From: Botryllus schlosseri
Lineage: Eukaryota
Length of the DNA stretch: 64,000 nt
Assembly: GCA_051294905.1 (NCBI GenBank)
Contig: CM119372.1
Location: forward strand, 10,480,001-10,544,000
Direction: 5' to 3'
Shown here: positions 10,408 to 22,300 of the stretch, one piece after another
Numbering within the stretch: position 1 is the stretch's first letter
Layout: every line of letters starts with the position of its first letter
The notes under the pieces: model-generated
Told to the model about the DNA's origin: nothing
Database searches by the model: none
What the model saw: the letters and a program-made list of their open reading frames with translations, nothing else
Made by a program: the position numbers and the translations under genes

Positions 10408-12514
10408 GTCTAAACTCAATGTAATTGCAAAATTGCCAATATTCTACTGATACAAACATATTGCTGTTTAAAGTTTTGTTGAGGTTTGTTTAAAGTGGTT
10501 TTTTTCTTCTTGTCTGTCTAAAAAAAGGGATTAAAACCTCATCACGGAATCCATTTTCTCCTGTGATATACATAACCATAGGCGCCGACTTTTATTTCTT
10601 TACGAGGTGGGGAAGTCTTGTGACGTCATAATTGTTCCATATCGATGACGTCATCGTCGCACTAAAACGCACTTTACTACACATGCCGCTGGTGTACGTG
10701 CAGAGTTAAACCATTCGCGTGACGTTTTTATACCGGCCCTGCACTCATTAATATCGAACCATGCAGTCGAGTTAATAAATGGAATCTTAAAACGGTACGA
10801 TCATTCGAATGTGTAACTGCAGCCTGCGCTACCAGCAGTCCGTCCGACGGAATGCATCGAACAAAAATCAGAATTTACGTCAATGAGAATCTGCAGTTAC
10901 AACAATGTTATTCACGGGCTATGCCCCGTATGAGTGACGAAATACACTACGCACTGGCCTTGCAAGTAACACGCGACAACTCTCCGAATACTTCAAGCAG
11001 ACAATAATGATGATTACAATCGCGAAATCGCGCAGCCAATCAGCAATTGTCTTATGCGGTTTCTTGCTTCGCGTTGACCAACTCGCATCGCGGCAATCGT
11101 TTGCTGATTAAAACAGCGATTTGGGCGGCATTTAATTGGTGCATTCCCCGATTTACGTTCGCGAAGCATTTTGGGAGTACATCGGTCAATTCGTAAATTC
11201 AATCTGCATGTCGAGTGTCGACGGCCGCCAACACATACTAATTGAATTACGTGTTGACGGCCACACAAATTTCCTTCTACGACCGCAGGTTGGCCACCCC
11301 TGGGCTACAATTAATTCCACTTCCGGGTGCATGCCGCGATCTTATCAATAGAAATCCACTGTCTATCTAATGCCCAACAGTTTAATATTCGATATCGTTG
11401 TTCTCGATACGAGTACATCCAGCAATCAAGTTTATGGGAATGTAGAAGGTTCCCTGTTCAAACGAATCGAATAAAATCACAATTTGTGCCACCCAGAATC
11501 TTGTGACGCATCAAAATTTGACAATGGCATGGCGTGGACTACTGCACGTTAATAATGAAAGGAACACTGAAAAATGACTTTATGCGACAATTTCGGAGTA
11601 CGAGTGTATCAAGTAGATGGCATGGATGATGGCAAATGAGAAAGCGTGTATTCTAATCAGTATCGCCAGTTCGCCACGACTGGGTTTTAAGTCTGACACC
11701 GTATTGAGGAGCTTTCGTCGCGACAATTGTTTTCTCATTATTATCGTTGTTTAAGCTGTATTGCTGCGTTTCCCGATTAATGTCACCGGCAAAGCCTTGT
11801 TAGAGAAACGAATCTGCGCAGATATGAATTCCAATTTGCAGGCACACACCAGCACACCCTCCAATTTCGCGCTCCGATTACCAAGACGAATATTGCTGCA
11901 CATAATTTGGATTTCAGAAAAGCGGAACGTCTCTTTGGGCGCCTGGTCGGGAGAGGACATCTAGCATGGTGCTTCTCAGCACACGCTAGGCGCGTCGCCA
12001 GTCGAAAAATTAGGGGGATTTGGATATTTTTTAAATTTACCAATATAGCATCAATTCAATTCGGGTCGAGTACATGTGTAAATGGCGATCATATAATCTC
12101 TTCGTATTGATGATTTTAGGCGTACTATAAGCTTGCCAAAGAGTATGGGAGTGGTGTCAATTAGCGAGTCTCTGATCTCTAGTGATCAATTAAATACGCG
12201 CGCGTATTACGCAGTCTCGGCGACAGTTTTCGCAATTCAAAATGCCCGAGCTTGATGGCACCGATTTCAAACCTTTGTCGTCTTTCAAAACTCGAGCCAT
12301 GATACACATCTTCTGATCGTTACGTTCAAGTATGAGCGGGAATCAATTACGCACGTTAAAGTCTGTTTGCAGCGATTCGATGTTATTCAGTTTCGCGATG
12401 TCGCTTTTTAATCAATATGACATAAAACAACCACTAATTAGCGTAAACTTGACCGTATTGTCCCAAACCAGCGAGAGATAGGAGCCAAAGCATGCTAGGC
12501 CCGAGACGCGATAG

Positions 12515-13210
12515 TTCCGCCAGCAATGATATCTTTCACACCAGGCCTATTGGAGATGCCATTGTGCACGCCAGCGATGATATCATCATCATCATCATTG
12601 GTTTATTAGCAATTTGATCAGTTCAATACACCACAAAAAATGCGATACAATGAAAATACAGGAAGATGTCGAAGCGACTTGGAGTAGTCTATGGCACCAG
12701 ACACCCACCTTGGCCTAGGCGATGTAAAGAGGAGGCATGCACACTGAATGAAAGTAAATAATATAATATAGAAAAAAAAAAACTGCAAGAATCGGGCGGC
12801 ATGTCATGTGAAGCGAGATCTATAGGTCAGTTGTGGTCCGGTAATCTTAAGGATGGACTGTATTTATTTAGTAGTAATTGCTTGTATTTCGACTTGAATG
12901 TGGACATGCTCGTCGACTGTCGGATGGCCGGCGGGATACTGTTCCACACATCAGGTCCGGCATATTTGATAGAGCGGTGATCTTTTCCGTCGATCATATG
13001 ATATTTGGACGACGTGGACGCGCGTGTGTTTAACTTGTGCGCTTTTGATTCCGAGGTAAAGAAGTCGTATCGTGCACACCAGGCCGAAGCCGCCAATGCA
13101 GATGCGATTGCGGAGGCATGCGATGATAAAGTTTGACCTGGGCCTATTGCAGATGCGATTGCGCAGGCATGCGATGATAAAGTGTGAACTGGGCCTATTG
13201 CAGGCGATTG
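12515..13210. repeat. Tandem repeat of about 51 bp, split by a LINE 3' end
   Basis: Unit GGCCTATTGCAGATGCGATTGCGCAGGCATGCGATGATAAAG... twice at about 13097-13205, with diverged copies at 12518-12581. Confidence 0.7.
12582..13072 (-). mobile_element. 5'-truncated CR1-group LINE 3' end with AATAAA and (GAT)n tail
   Basis: ORF2 C-terminus HKLNTR...SIKYAGPDVWNSIPPAIRQSTSMSTFKSKYKQLLL; minus strand ends AATAAACCAATGATGATGATGATGAT. Confidence 0.85.
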
Positions 13211-14094
13211 TTCAAGCCTGCGGAACCAGGCTTGTTCGAGACACGATAAATCAGGCTAGCGACGATTGCCACGCGCACGGGAATGAATGACCTAATTTCG
13301 CGACCATCTCAGCGGGAGATCATAACAAAATCTTCTCGCTAATTGACAACACGTTTTCGCAAATCAGCTGCGCGGAACACTGCTAACAAAATTATTGTGG
13401 CAACTGATTACTAGAGTTAGAATGATCATTTCAAAATGACGGTGACTGGGTTTCGCGTTTCAAATAGGGAAGTTCGACCCCCGAAACCCCCCTGGCTACG
13501 TGCCTGGCACACGCACGTATCGAAATCGAAGACGTCTTTAACGAGGTCGCATCGATTCGCCTGATTACTAGTTACTGGTGACAAATCACTTGGGCGTTTG
13601 AGCATTTTGTACGAGGTGGCCGCCACCTCGTAAGTCGGCGCCTATGTACATAACCACTATTCCAGAATATCTTGAAGATGAGCTGCAGTATGGATATGAC
13701 TATATATACATTCTAGAAGTGATAACTTCATTGAAAAATCTGTTTTGGTGCTATATATGTCGCGATCATGCTCAAAGGTGTCGATGAAAATGGATTTTCG
13801 GCGCGCGTTCATATAAAATCGAAGGAGTGAATTTTGAAGACACGACAACATATTTCAAGAAATAAGAAGTACAGTTGCAGAAGCCCCTTCGAAATAATAA
13901 GAGTCTGAATCATTTTCAAGAACGGTCATTTTGTTGCTGTTTATTACTATAACCTTGATATTTGAACAAGACAGATGACGGTTGCACGATAATTCAGCTA
14001 AATTTGAACTAAAACTTCAGGGGGTCCGCGGAGGTCTGACATGGGGCAAAAGGGATCCGCGAAGACAAACAGGTTGAGAACCACTGGTCTAGTC

Positions 14095-15925
14095 TCTCTT
14101 GCATCACCAAAAGCAACTTTGACGATCAATTTGTGGAGTTCATGTTAACCGTCAAAGCGCTGATAGATAAATTTGCACCTCTTCAACGCATCTCAAAAAG
14201 TCGTCGGGAATTGAACAGGATACCGTGAGGCGTGGATGTCTTCAAAGTTGGTGCAAATGATCTGAAAACGAAACCGGTGGCATCACAGACTCGATACCAC
14301 GAACACCTCACAAGACGAACGAGAAAGAGTTCGACGCTTCAGATATCTTATCGCCCACCATATCTCCAAGGCAAAAGCGAAGGCTAACGCGAAATTCTTC
14401 AACAAACATAAGAAAGACACACACAAAACCTGGTCATATTTAATCGGTATCCCAATCCATCATGCTCGAGCCTGCAACTTCTAACGAAGTGGTACTTGCC
14501 ATTAATGAACTTAAATCAATAAGGCAGTTGGATATGGTTTCATTCCAGCCTGGTTTTTAAAACTCATTAGCCTATACACAATTACACATAGGCCATCTCA
14601 TTGCCCATTTTTTCAATTTTATGGTAGAAAATGGTGTTTACCCAAATTTTCTGAAAACTGACAGAGTTGTCCCGGTTTACAGATTCGGAGATAGAACTAA
14701 TGTCACCAACTTCAGACCTATATCTGTCTTACCGTGTATTGGAATTGTGTTCGAAAAATTGCTCCTGTCCCGCCTTTCGTCGTTCCTCGCCAAGATGTCT
14801 ATCGATCATTTCTCCACATCAATTCGGCTTTCGCAAAAAGCATTAAACCTCGCATGCCCTGCGACATCTTGGAGAAACGAAGTGTTGGGTGTAGCATGTT
14901 TCTTGATCTAGAAAAAGCGTTTGACTGCGTCGATCACAGTATTCTTCTCTCGAAATTAGCGCGCTACAGATTTCGGGGTCCACAAGTAGAGCTCATGAAA
15001 AGCTACTGACTGGGAGATATCAAATGGTTTCGATATCCAACACCTTGTCCTCCCCCACCTTGTTACCTGTGGTGTTCCGCAAGACTCAGTTCTTGGACCG
15101 GTCCTTTTTACTTTATATGTCAATGATATCTTTGATACCTCATCATTGAATACCACATTGTTCGCTGACGATACTCACCTCCTATCTCACGCACCTACCA
15201 CCGCAAGCTTGAATGCCGTCACCCGTGATAAAATGCCCAAAGTGCATGAGTGGCCGTCCCATAATAGCCTTCGGGTTAACGATGCGAAATCCCAATTATT
15301 GGTCGTAAACTCCTGCGATAACCTAACCGTTGACATCGCTGGCCAACCAATTTCCAACGCTAAAAACGCTACATACCTATCGTGTCTTTCTGGATTCGGA
15401 CATGTCTTGGAAGAGTCACATTCAATTACTCAAACCACAACTATCGAAGGTATATGTGGTCTGTTTCGCCGCCTTAGCTACACTCTCTCTGTCAGTCAGG
15501 TTTCTGTTGATTCTCTTTAACACTATAGGGTTACCATACGTCCTCTTTGTCCTCATTTTCGACTTTTTTGAAAGTGTCCTCGGAGGACGCCCGTTTGTCC
15601 TCATTTTTGAGACGTTGTCCTCTTTTTTTGATAATTTTGGTCAAATTTACGGCCAAATTCGACTGATATGCCGTAAATCAGCACTGAAGTAACGCTCCGG
15701 CGGGTTTTTCGGGAGCTGAGCCGGAAAGTTGACCGTTTTTTTAATCAACCGACCACAAAGTGAGAAAAATTGACCATTTGTTCAGGATTTTCCTCCGGTT
15801 TTGCCAGTCAGATAAGTCTGACAAAAGTGTCCTCTTTTCAGATTTCCAAAATATGGTAACCCTATTCAACACTCTATTCCTATCAAAGTTACAATACGGA
15901 ATTCTTTGTTGGGGTGCTCCCCGCA
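14095..15925 (+). pseudogene. Decayed CR1-group LINE ORF2, reverse transcriptase and C-terminal part (continuation of 8820-9313)
   Basis: Frameshifted RT motifs VVPVYRFGDRTNVTNFRPISVLP, FLDLEKAFDCVDHSILLSKL, GVPQDSVLGPVLFTLYVND, LFADDT, then LQYGILCWG. Confidence 0.9.
15526..15864. mobile_element. MITE with TAGGGTTACCATA TIRs and GAGGAC subterminal motifs, inserted in the LINE
   Basis: TAGGGTTACCATA / TATGGTAACCCTA; related copy in opposite orientation at 31558-31951 and a lone end at about 16680-16750; TSD not cleanly preserved. Confidence 0.85.
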
Positions 15926-16167
15926 ATTTTGTGTATTATGCTAGAGGCTAGTTAAGAATAGTACCGAACAGAAAGACGCCACTATAGGTAGAAAACTACT
16001 AGTCTGCGACAGCGTAAGCTCCAATCACTACGTTTGCGGACAATTTATTTGTGACTTACCGACGAGTGCTTAGGAAAACCAGGCTACGCAATCGTTGAAA
16101 GACTCTGGTTGCTCGCACAGATCATCAGCGTATCGAGAACATATGCGTACAAGGTACGGCGACTGAG

Positions 16168-16455
16168 TCATCATCATCATTGGTTTTATTAGCAATTTTT
16201 ATCAGTTCAATACACCACAAAAATGCGATCCAATAAAAAGATAGGAAGGTGTCGAAGCGACTTGAAGTAGTCTATGGAATCAGACACACACCTTGACCTA
16301 GGGCCTATAGGCGATGTAAAGAGGAGGCATGCACACTGAATAGGTAAAAGAAGATGGTATAGAAAAAGCAAGCGACAAGAATGAGGTGGCATGTCATGGA
16401 AGGCGAGATCGATAGGTCAGGTCATGGATCGGTAATCTTGAGGATGGACTAGTAG
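16168..16455 (-). mobile_element. Second 3'-end copy of the (GAT)n-tailed LINE family
   Basis: Colinear with 12582-12865 (TCATCATCATTGGTTT..ATTAGCAATTT..ATCAGTTCAATACACCAC...). Confidence 0.85.
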
Positions 16456-16802
16456 TCGACACCTGTTTACTATTGATGACTTGAAATTGACTCGAAAATT
16501 TTGCTTCGAGTTCGAGTCACGAGCCAATCCACATTCTTCGTTCTACTTGTAGTGAGTAGGGAAAAAGGTCATCACTTTATTCGACTCCCAAATGACCCGC
16601 TCGAACGTCTGTTGCAGTGTTACACCTATTTCACGTCATTATGACGATTTTCACTTAGCTCTGTCCATTATTTTTGCTGTAAAGGAGGATATTTTCAATT
16701 TCCTTAAAATGAGGACAAATCCTCCTGAAGGAAGACGTATGGTAACCCTAGCTAGGGCCTATGATAACATAAAAGTAAGCGACAAAAATTAATGCTGCAT
16801 GT

Positions 16803-17995
16803 CAGGGTTGTAACCAAGTCACATGGTTCCGAGTCACGAGTCAATCTTACTTTTGTGGTTTTGACTCGAGTCAAGTCGAGTCATTTTCAGTTCATCACCG
16901 AGTCGAGTCCGAGTCCAAGTCACCATTTAAAGGGTCAAGTCCGAGTCATAGTGTTATGACTCGAGTCGAGTCCAAGTCACAGTATTGAAGTCATATGTTC
17001 AACTCATGTTTTCAACCCTGCTTGGGTGATATCGAATTCCGATGCTACAGATAGACAAGACAGGCCGCCAAAATGATAAGTCTACTAATCTCAGAACTTT
17101 TGACTCGCACTGAAGAGCATTGGATACTTTCTAGTCGCCGAAAAATGCAAAGAATCATGGCCTTCAAATCTGCACAAGAGCTTATCAGTCTAGCTCAGTG
17201 GTTCTCAACCTGGGGGGCGCGCCCCCCTTGGGGGGGGGGGGGCGTGAAACATCTGATGGGGGGTGGCGCGAGGAATCGGTCAACTGAAATTTTTTTTCGC
17301 GCTCTGCGAAATTTACCTCTAATTCACGTGTGTTTCTTTGTATATAGACCGAATTTCATATTTTTAATTTTCTCATCAACAGTCATAACCTTCCGTGACA
17401 TCAAACAATCTGTCGAGGTTACTAGCATCCCGGTTGGATTTTGTGATATGACGATAAGGGGGCGTGAAATTTTTCACTATCATAAAGGGGGCAAAAAAAG
17501 GTTGAGAACCGCTGGCTCTTCCAAGCACTTGACCATCTGAGTCATTGCATTGGCTCTAATTGAACTTTGCTTCGATTGTTTGCTTGTATAATTGAAAAGT
17601 CTTGGGTACTTTGATCGCGGAGGATCTATTACACTTTCATTACTGGATCATTTTGTGCAATGCATTGCTAATATGTACCATTGTCTGTTGTTTTTACGGC
17701 GGCATATCTGATATCAGACGAGTGCATCGGAAGCAGTGGTGACAAATAACGATGGCGGCAGAATTCGTCAGATGCGTTGATCTAGCCATTACGATTTGCA
17801 AAATTCTACATCTGCAAGTCATATAAAATAAGCTAAGTCAATGACTTGGGTCGAGTCATGCGTAATGACTCGAGTACAAGTCGAGTCAATCCAAATATTG
17901 ACTCGAGTCGAGTCGAGTCATTTTCCCATTTCAAGAAAATGACTCGAGTCAAGTCGAGTCACAAAAAAATCGTGACTCGAGTCATTACAACCCTG
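16803..17995. mobile_element. hAT-type MITE (CAGGGTTGTAA TIR) with many GACTCGAGTC/AGTCGAGTC subterminal repeats
   Basis: CAGGGTTGTAA / TTACAACCCTG; exact TSD CTGCATGT at 16795-16802 and 17996-18003. Confidence 0.9.
17196..17514. mobile_element. Nested hAT (Charlie-like) MITE
   Basis: CAGTGGTTCTCAACC / GGTTGAGAACCGCTG; inverted sibling at 41989-42287. Confidence 0.85.
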
Positions 17996-18220
17996 CTGCA
18001 TGTGTCTGTATAGGCGAGGTCGATATGTCAAATTGTGGTCCGGTAATTTGAGCACATTTGAGTTTGAGACCCCTGAGCTAGATGTTATATTAAAAGACTT
18101 CCCAGAGCAGTAAGAAATAATATGTTTTCATAATCAGAGGTCAGAGCTAATGGAAACACAGACGGGCGTAAGAATGGCCTTCAGCGGTTACACAATGCGT
18201 CGCTGACTTGCACTCGCAGT

Positions 18221-19014
18221 CAGAGATGCCACTGGGATATCTCGGAAAAACCCAGATGTGGACGTTAAATAAACCCAGAAAACCCCAGATCCTATATTTC
18301 ACTCAAATTCCTATGCGAAAGCTAAGAAAATGGAAACTGATAGCCATTAATCACAGTCATATTGACAAAGAACCAAGTTTTAGCCCTTGATATTGAAACT
18401 ATAACAGTTCATACTATACATTTTGCTCGGTTAACAATGCAAATCTAAAAATAATATATATATGTTGTTTTCTTTTTGACGCATTGCTTCGAAAATAATT
18501 GGTGCGCGTTGCTCCGAAAGCTCACTCATGTGATAAATAAAATTATCACTTGGGAAGTGGACGTTAAATAAGCTGTGAAAGCAACCAAGATCATATTTTA
18601 TTTATTGATACTAGCAGTGAAGTCTTGAATCGATATAAATTGTAAGAAAACGGTTCCAAATTTCAATGAGTTGCCCTATGAACATGACTTTCTGCGAGCT
18701 GGAAGTTGGTATGCAATAAACCTCCATCACATCACGGCCTTTCATATTAGTAGTAAAACCGTTTCTCGAGACTCTGTGGTTACAATATAACAAAATTCCT
18801 CGACAATGCAGAAATCAAGCAGTCAATCGACAACTGAAGCTCGTGCATTTTTAAACATTATGACCTTACTGATCTAATATAACTGATTTTCGAACATAAA
18901 ATTAACCTGGCGAACATGATGTTGAAAAAACCCAGATTTCAAGAACAAAAACCCCATAAACCCAGGCTCGAAAAACCCAGATCTGGGTGGAAAAACCCAG
19001 GAGTGGCATGTCTG
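18221..19014. mobile_element. hAT-type MITE (CAGAGATGCCACT TIR, AAAACCCAG subterminal repeats)
   Basis: CAGAGATGCCACT / AGTGGCATGTCTG; exact TSD CTCGCAGT at 18213-18220 and 19015-19022. Confidence 0.9.
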
Positions 19015-19414
19015 CTCGCAGTCAGGTTTGGAAACCAATCTGTACGTTTAGGAAGTGGGATAATTTATTTCGTGTGTGGGAGCGAAGTAACGAACAGATG
19101 TTGCGCAGTCTACGACAACAACGGCTTGGAGTAGCAATGTCAACGAAAGACACTTACCCGAAAATGGACTAAATTGCATGCCTTTTTCAATCGACATCAT
19201 CGGAATCTTACGTCGGGACTAGTTCGCTGCTCTCTGCCTTCAATCCTCCAGTTTATTGCCATATCACGAAATGTTCGGTGTACACTGTACATGACTCGTC
19301 GTTCTAGAGGCGGTATCCCGTTGCGTATGGGCGTGCAGTGTGCACTGTGCAGTGAACTGAACCAATTATGAAACATCAGTCGGCATAAATTACGCTTGAC
19401 ATACAGTCGTCCAG

Positions 19415-19653
19415 AATTCACACACACAAATATTTTCTGATCCCTTTCTATTATAACTATGATTTCATTGAGTGACTCATCATCACGATTTGCTACCCAT
19501 AGATTCCAGTGGGCGGTCATTGCAAGTTTTCCATGATCATTTTCCATTGCTAATTGCTTGAGCCTGTTTGTTCAACTCGGAGTCGAACCAGCAACCCATT
19601 GGTGCGGCAGCTGTTGATTATAGGCTACCGCTACTTGACTACGCTATCTCGCC
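19415..19653 (-). mobile_element. Probable tRNA-derived SINE
   Basis: Minus strand starts GGCGAGATAGCGTAGTCAAG (A-box-like) and has GGTTCGACTCC (B box, 19579-19589); no acceptor-stem closure; (TG)n near 19420. 3' boundary approximate. Confidence 0.55.
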
Positions 19654-19717
19654 ACAAAAATGAACTATGAATAAGCCTTTGTGTGTCCTCTGCGTGCTTG
19701 GATTGAGCGTTATATCT

Positions 19718-19892
19718 AGAGGTGGTGAGTAGCGAAGTACTTCTACTTTCTTGAAGTACTCAAGTAGTTTTCCGTTATTTGGTACTTACTCAAGTAGATC
19801 TAATTTCCCGCCACTTCTACTTCTACTTCGTAATATTTTGTACTTACTTACTTACTTTTCGCTATTTTCAGTTGGTCAAGTAGAAGTAGTTT
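19718..19892. mobile_element. One end of the AGTAGAAGTA-rich MITE family also at 26582-26837
   Basis: AGAGGTGGTGAGTAGCGAAGTACTTCTACTTTCTTGAAGTAC closely matches the reverse complement of the right end of the 26582 element. Confidence 0.6.
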
Positions 19893-20127
19893 AATCCTCC
19901 AATCAGGAAGATAGCCTGAGGAATTTCGGTGCTGTTTTCACGGAGTATCAACATTAAATTTTCATAAAAGTTGAGTTAAACCCCAAATTTTCGTCGCGAT
20001 TCGCGCACGGTGGATATGGTGTGACCGATATGATTTCACGAAAGTATCGGTGAATATAATTAGGTAGCGGGTTACGTGGTTCCGTTCACACCGAATTGTC
20101 GCCTGTATGAAATATTTCGTCACAGTA

Positions 20128-22102
20128 GGGGAGATGTGTGGTACCGATGAGACAGTGGAACCAAAAATACTTGAAAAATCATCTGTGATAATCCCATATG
20201 ATTACAGTACGCGAATTTGTCTACAATTGCATGCTGGTAGAATCTTTCCTCACACGCTCAAAACTTCGACCTGCGTGAGTTATGGGGTCTGAGACAGATA
20301 TTTATGTTTTAGGGGGTGTAAAATAAACTTGGATCGACGTATACATTTTTCTATACCACCTTTCACACTAATAAACCAGCCATAATTTTTAATGTGTAGT
20401 GTAGGGCCTGTATCAGGGTATATAATGCCACATAGTTTTTAATTCAATATCATCCTCCAGTGGATTATTCTCAATTCAATTACAATAATTATAGGGTGGG
20501 GGGCCTACGGTACCATAGCCAAACACAGTTAAATAGTTGAACCAACTAATCACTTAACAACAGAAAAACGCCTACATATAGAGTATGCAAATCATAGTTA
20601 CCTGTGGTGTTTTATCGCTATAACGAGGTATTTGAAAGTCAAAATGTCAATTTACGGGTAATATGTATGTACCATTAATTTTGTAAGTTTGGACGTAAAT
20701 CGAAACGTGATTTTACTCCGACATTTGAGTTGATATACTGTATTTTATTCTTGAAGGCGACGACGAAGCATTCTTCATCGGCTTGCTGTTAGGGATGGTG
20801 TGAACGTGATGTTCACGTTCGCGTTCTGTGTCTGAACCACGGAAATTTAGAGGTTCACGTTCACAAACGAGCCTTGGTAGGTTCTGCACTGTGAACCTTT
20901 TTCATACATTACAATTTTCACTTCATTATAACATCTTTGGTTGAAATTTATTGCATTTCAACTGCGGGCCACTCTATGCATGGCGCTGGCAGCATAAAAA
21001 TCAACACTAAACGAGTATGCACCTTGACAATCTCAAATTTTGTTATCTGCTTTCTTACGAAAGTTTGCTCGAAATAGCCAGCTTTCAGTTTGTGAATATT
21101 TAGTGCCTCTCTGCTGTGAGCTTGACCCGCAATCTCACAACATCAAGAACGAACTACACTACATGTAGGTAGTTAGCGAATATTGCTTATTCAACCAATC
21201 AATGAAGTTGATATCATATTGTCCGATGTAAATAAAAATCTATTAGGCGTACGGGGTCAATCTCGATGTCAGATGTTTATTCTATCATAAAAGCCAAATC
21301 CGTGCGATTGGGGTGTTGGCTACTGCTGTATAACTTGTTATAGTATTATCCGTAGCAAGTACAGAAACCAGTTTTACACTCTGCTCAATATCAACGTAGC
21401 AATACCCACTCGCCGAAAACATTGTTCGGTCTGGCCTATACCGTTAAGGCGTGAGCTTATATTCACTTGCAAGTATCCTCGTCGAAATTGTTGGCAAAGC
21501 GACGGAAGATATTATTTTATGGGATTATTATATCATTTGATTGCCCCAGTTAATACATTTGGCGACGTTTAATACGTCAATATGTACTTCAGCATTGTGG
21601 CATTATGTGGCACGAGTCGTCGCTAGGTATCGTGTACATTAATATTGACTATAAAATCACTGAAATGCAGGGTTGACATTAGCAATACGACGTCACGTGA
21701 CGTCATGAGGTTCACGTTCGCGTTCACACAGAACCCTTCAAAAAGGTTCGAGTTCACTCCATCCCTACTTGCCTTTCAGAGGTTCACACCATCCCTACTT
21801 GCTGTAGCTTAGATTTACACAACAAAACAAGATGAAAAATTTGAGTTTTTGGGCGTATGTCTCATAGGTCCCATGGTCGTGTGCCTTTGGACCCACTGAG
21901 TGCGGACCGATAATACGTTCGAGCAACAAATTTTGAACGTTCATAAATATTTTTGGAAAAGGCGGATATTCATGTAAATGTCCGCGATAGGTAAAACTTG
22001 GATCAAAGTGTTGAGCCAGCAAAAGATTTGCTATTCTCGGCTGAAGATTTGAGGGCCAGAGATCATTTTGCAATTTTTGATCCATCGGTACCACATCTCC
22101 CC
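20128..22102. mobile_element. Tc1/mariner(pogo)-type non-autonomous element (GGGGAGATGTGGTACCGA TIR), carrying a nested hAT MITE
   Basis: TA|GGGGAGATGTGTGGTACCGATG ... CATCGGTACCACATCTCCCC; colinear with the uninterrupted copy at 35943-36893. Confidence 0.8.
20790..21797. mobile_element. Nested hAT-type MITE (TAGGGATGGTGTGAAC TIR)
   Basis: TAGGGATGGTGTGAAC / GTTCACACCATCCCTA; exact TSD CTTGCTGT at 20782-20789 and 21798-21805; empty site CTTACTGT in the sibling host at about 36595. Confidence 0.92.
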
Positions 22103-22247
22103 ATGGCTCGTCATAACGTTTGAAACTGATGTTTCGCAATCTAGCATTTACCTATCATATCGTAATCTAGCAGTCCATGGCGTGTCCTAATCAGGAAAAG
22201 TGAACTCTGACTTTTTTCATAGCTTTAGACCTGTTCTAGCATCCCAC

Positions 22248-22300
22248 CGGGGCCTACGATACTTAGTAAGATCGATACTTAGTAAGTATCGTAGGCCCCG
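22248..22300. mobile_element. 53-bp inverted-repeat element (CGGGGCCTACGATA family) with 7-bp TSD
   Basis: 18-bp perfect arms CGGGGCCTACGATACTTA / TAAGTATCGTAGGCCCCG; TSD ATCCCAC at 22241-22247 and 22301-22307. Confidence 0.85.

Larger units (their letters stand above)
10577..13646. mobile_element. Nested hAT-type element (CATAGGCGCCGACT TIR), 3.07 kb including further inserts
   Basis: Perfect TIR CATAGGCGCCGACTT / AAGTCGGCGCCTATG; exact TSD TACATAAC at 10569-10576 and 13647-13654. Confidence 0.9.
9314..14086. mobile_element. hAT (Charlie/Buster-like) non-autonomous element, expanded to 4.8 kb by nested insertions
   Basis: TIRs CAGCGGTTTTCAACC / GGTTGAGAACCACTG; exact 8-bp TSD GTCTAGTC at 9306-9313 and 14087-14094. 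Confidence 0.9.

Noticed and set aside
16803..17995. GACTCGAGTC repeat clusters as a CRISPR-like array
   Set aside because: Spacing is irregular, there are no unique spacers of constant length and no cas genes, and the clusters are bounded by TIRs and an 8-bp TSD in eukaryotic DNA.
19570..19653. Functional tRNA gene
   Set aside because: A and B boxes are present but no cloverleaf with a paired acceptor stem; better explained as a SINE head.
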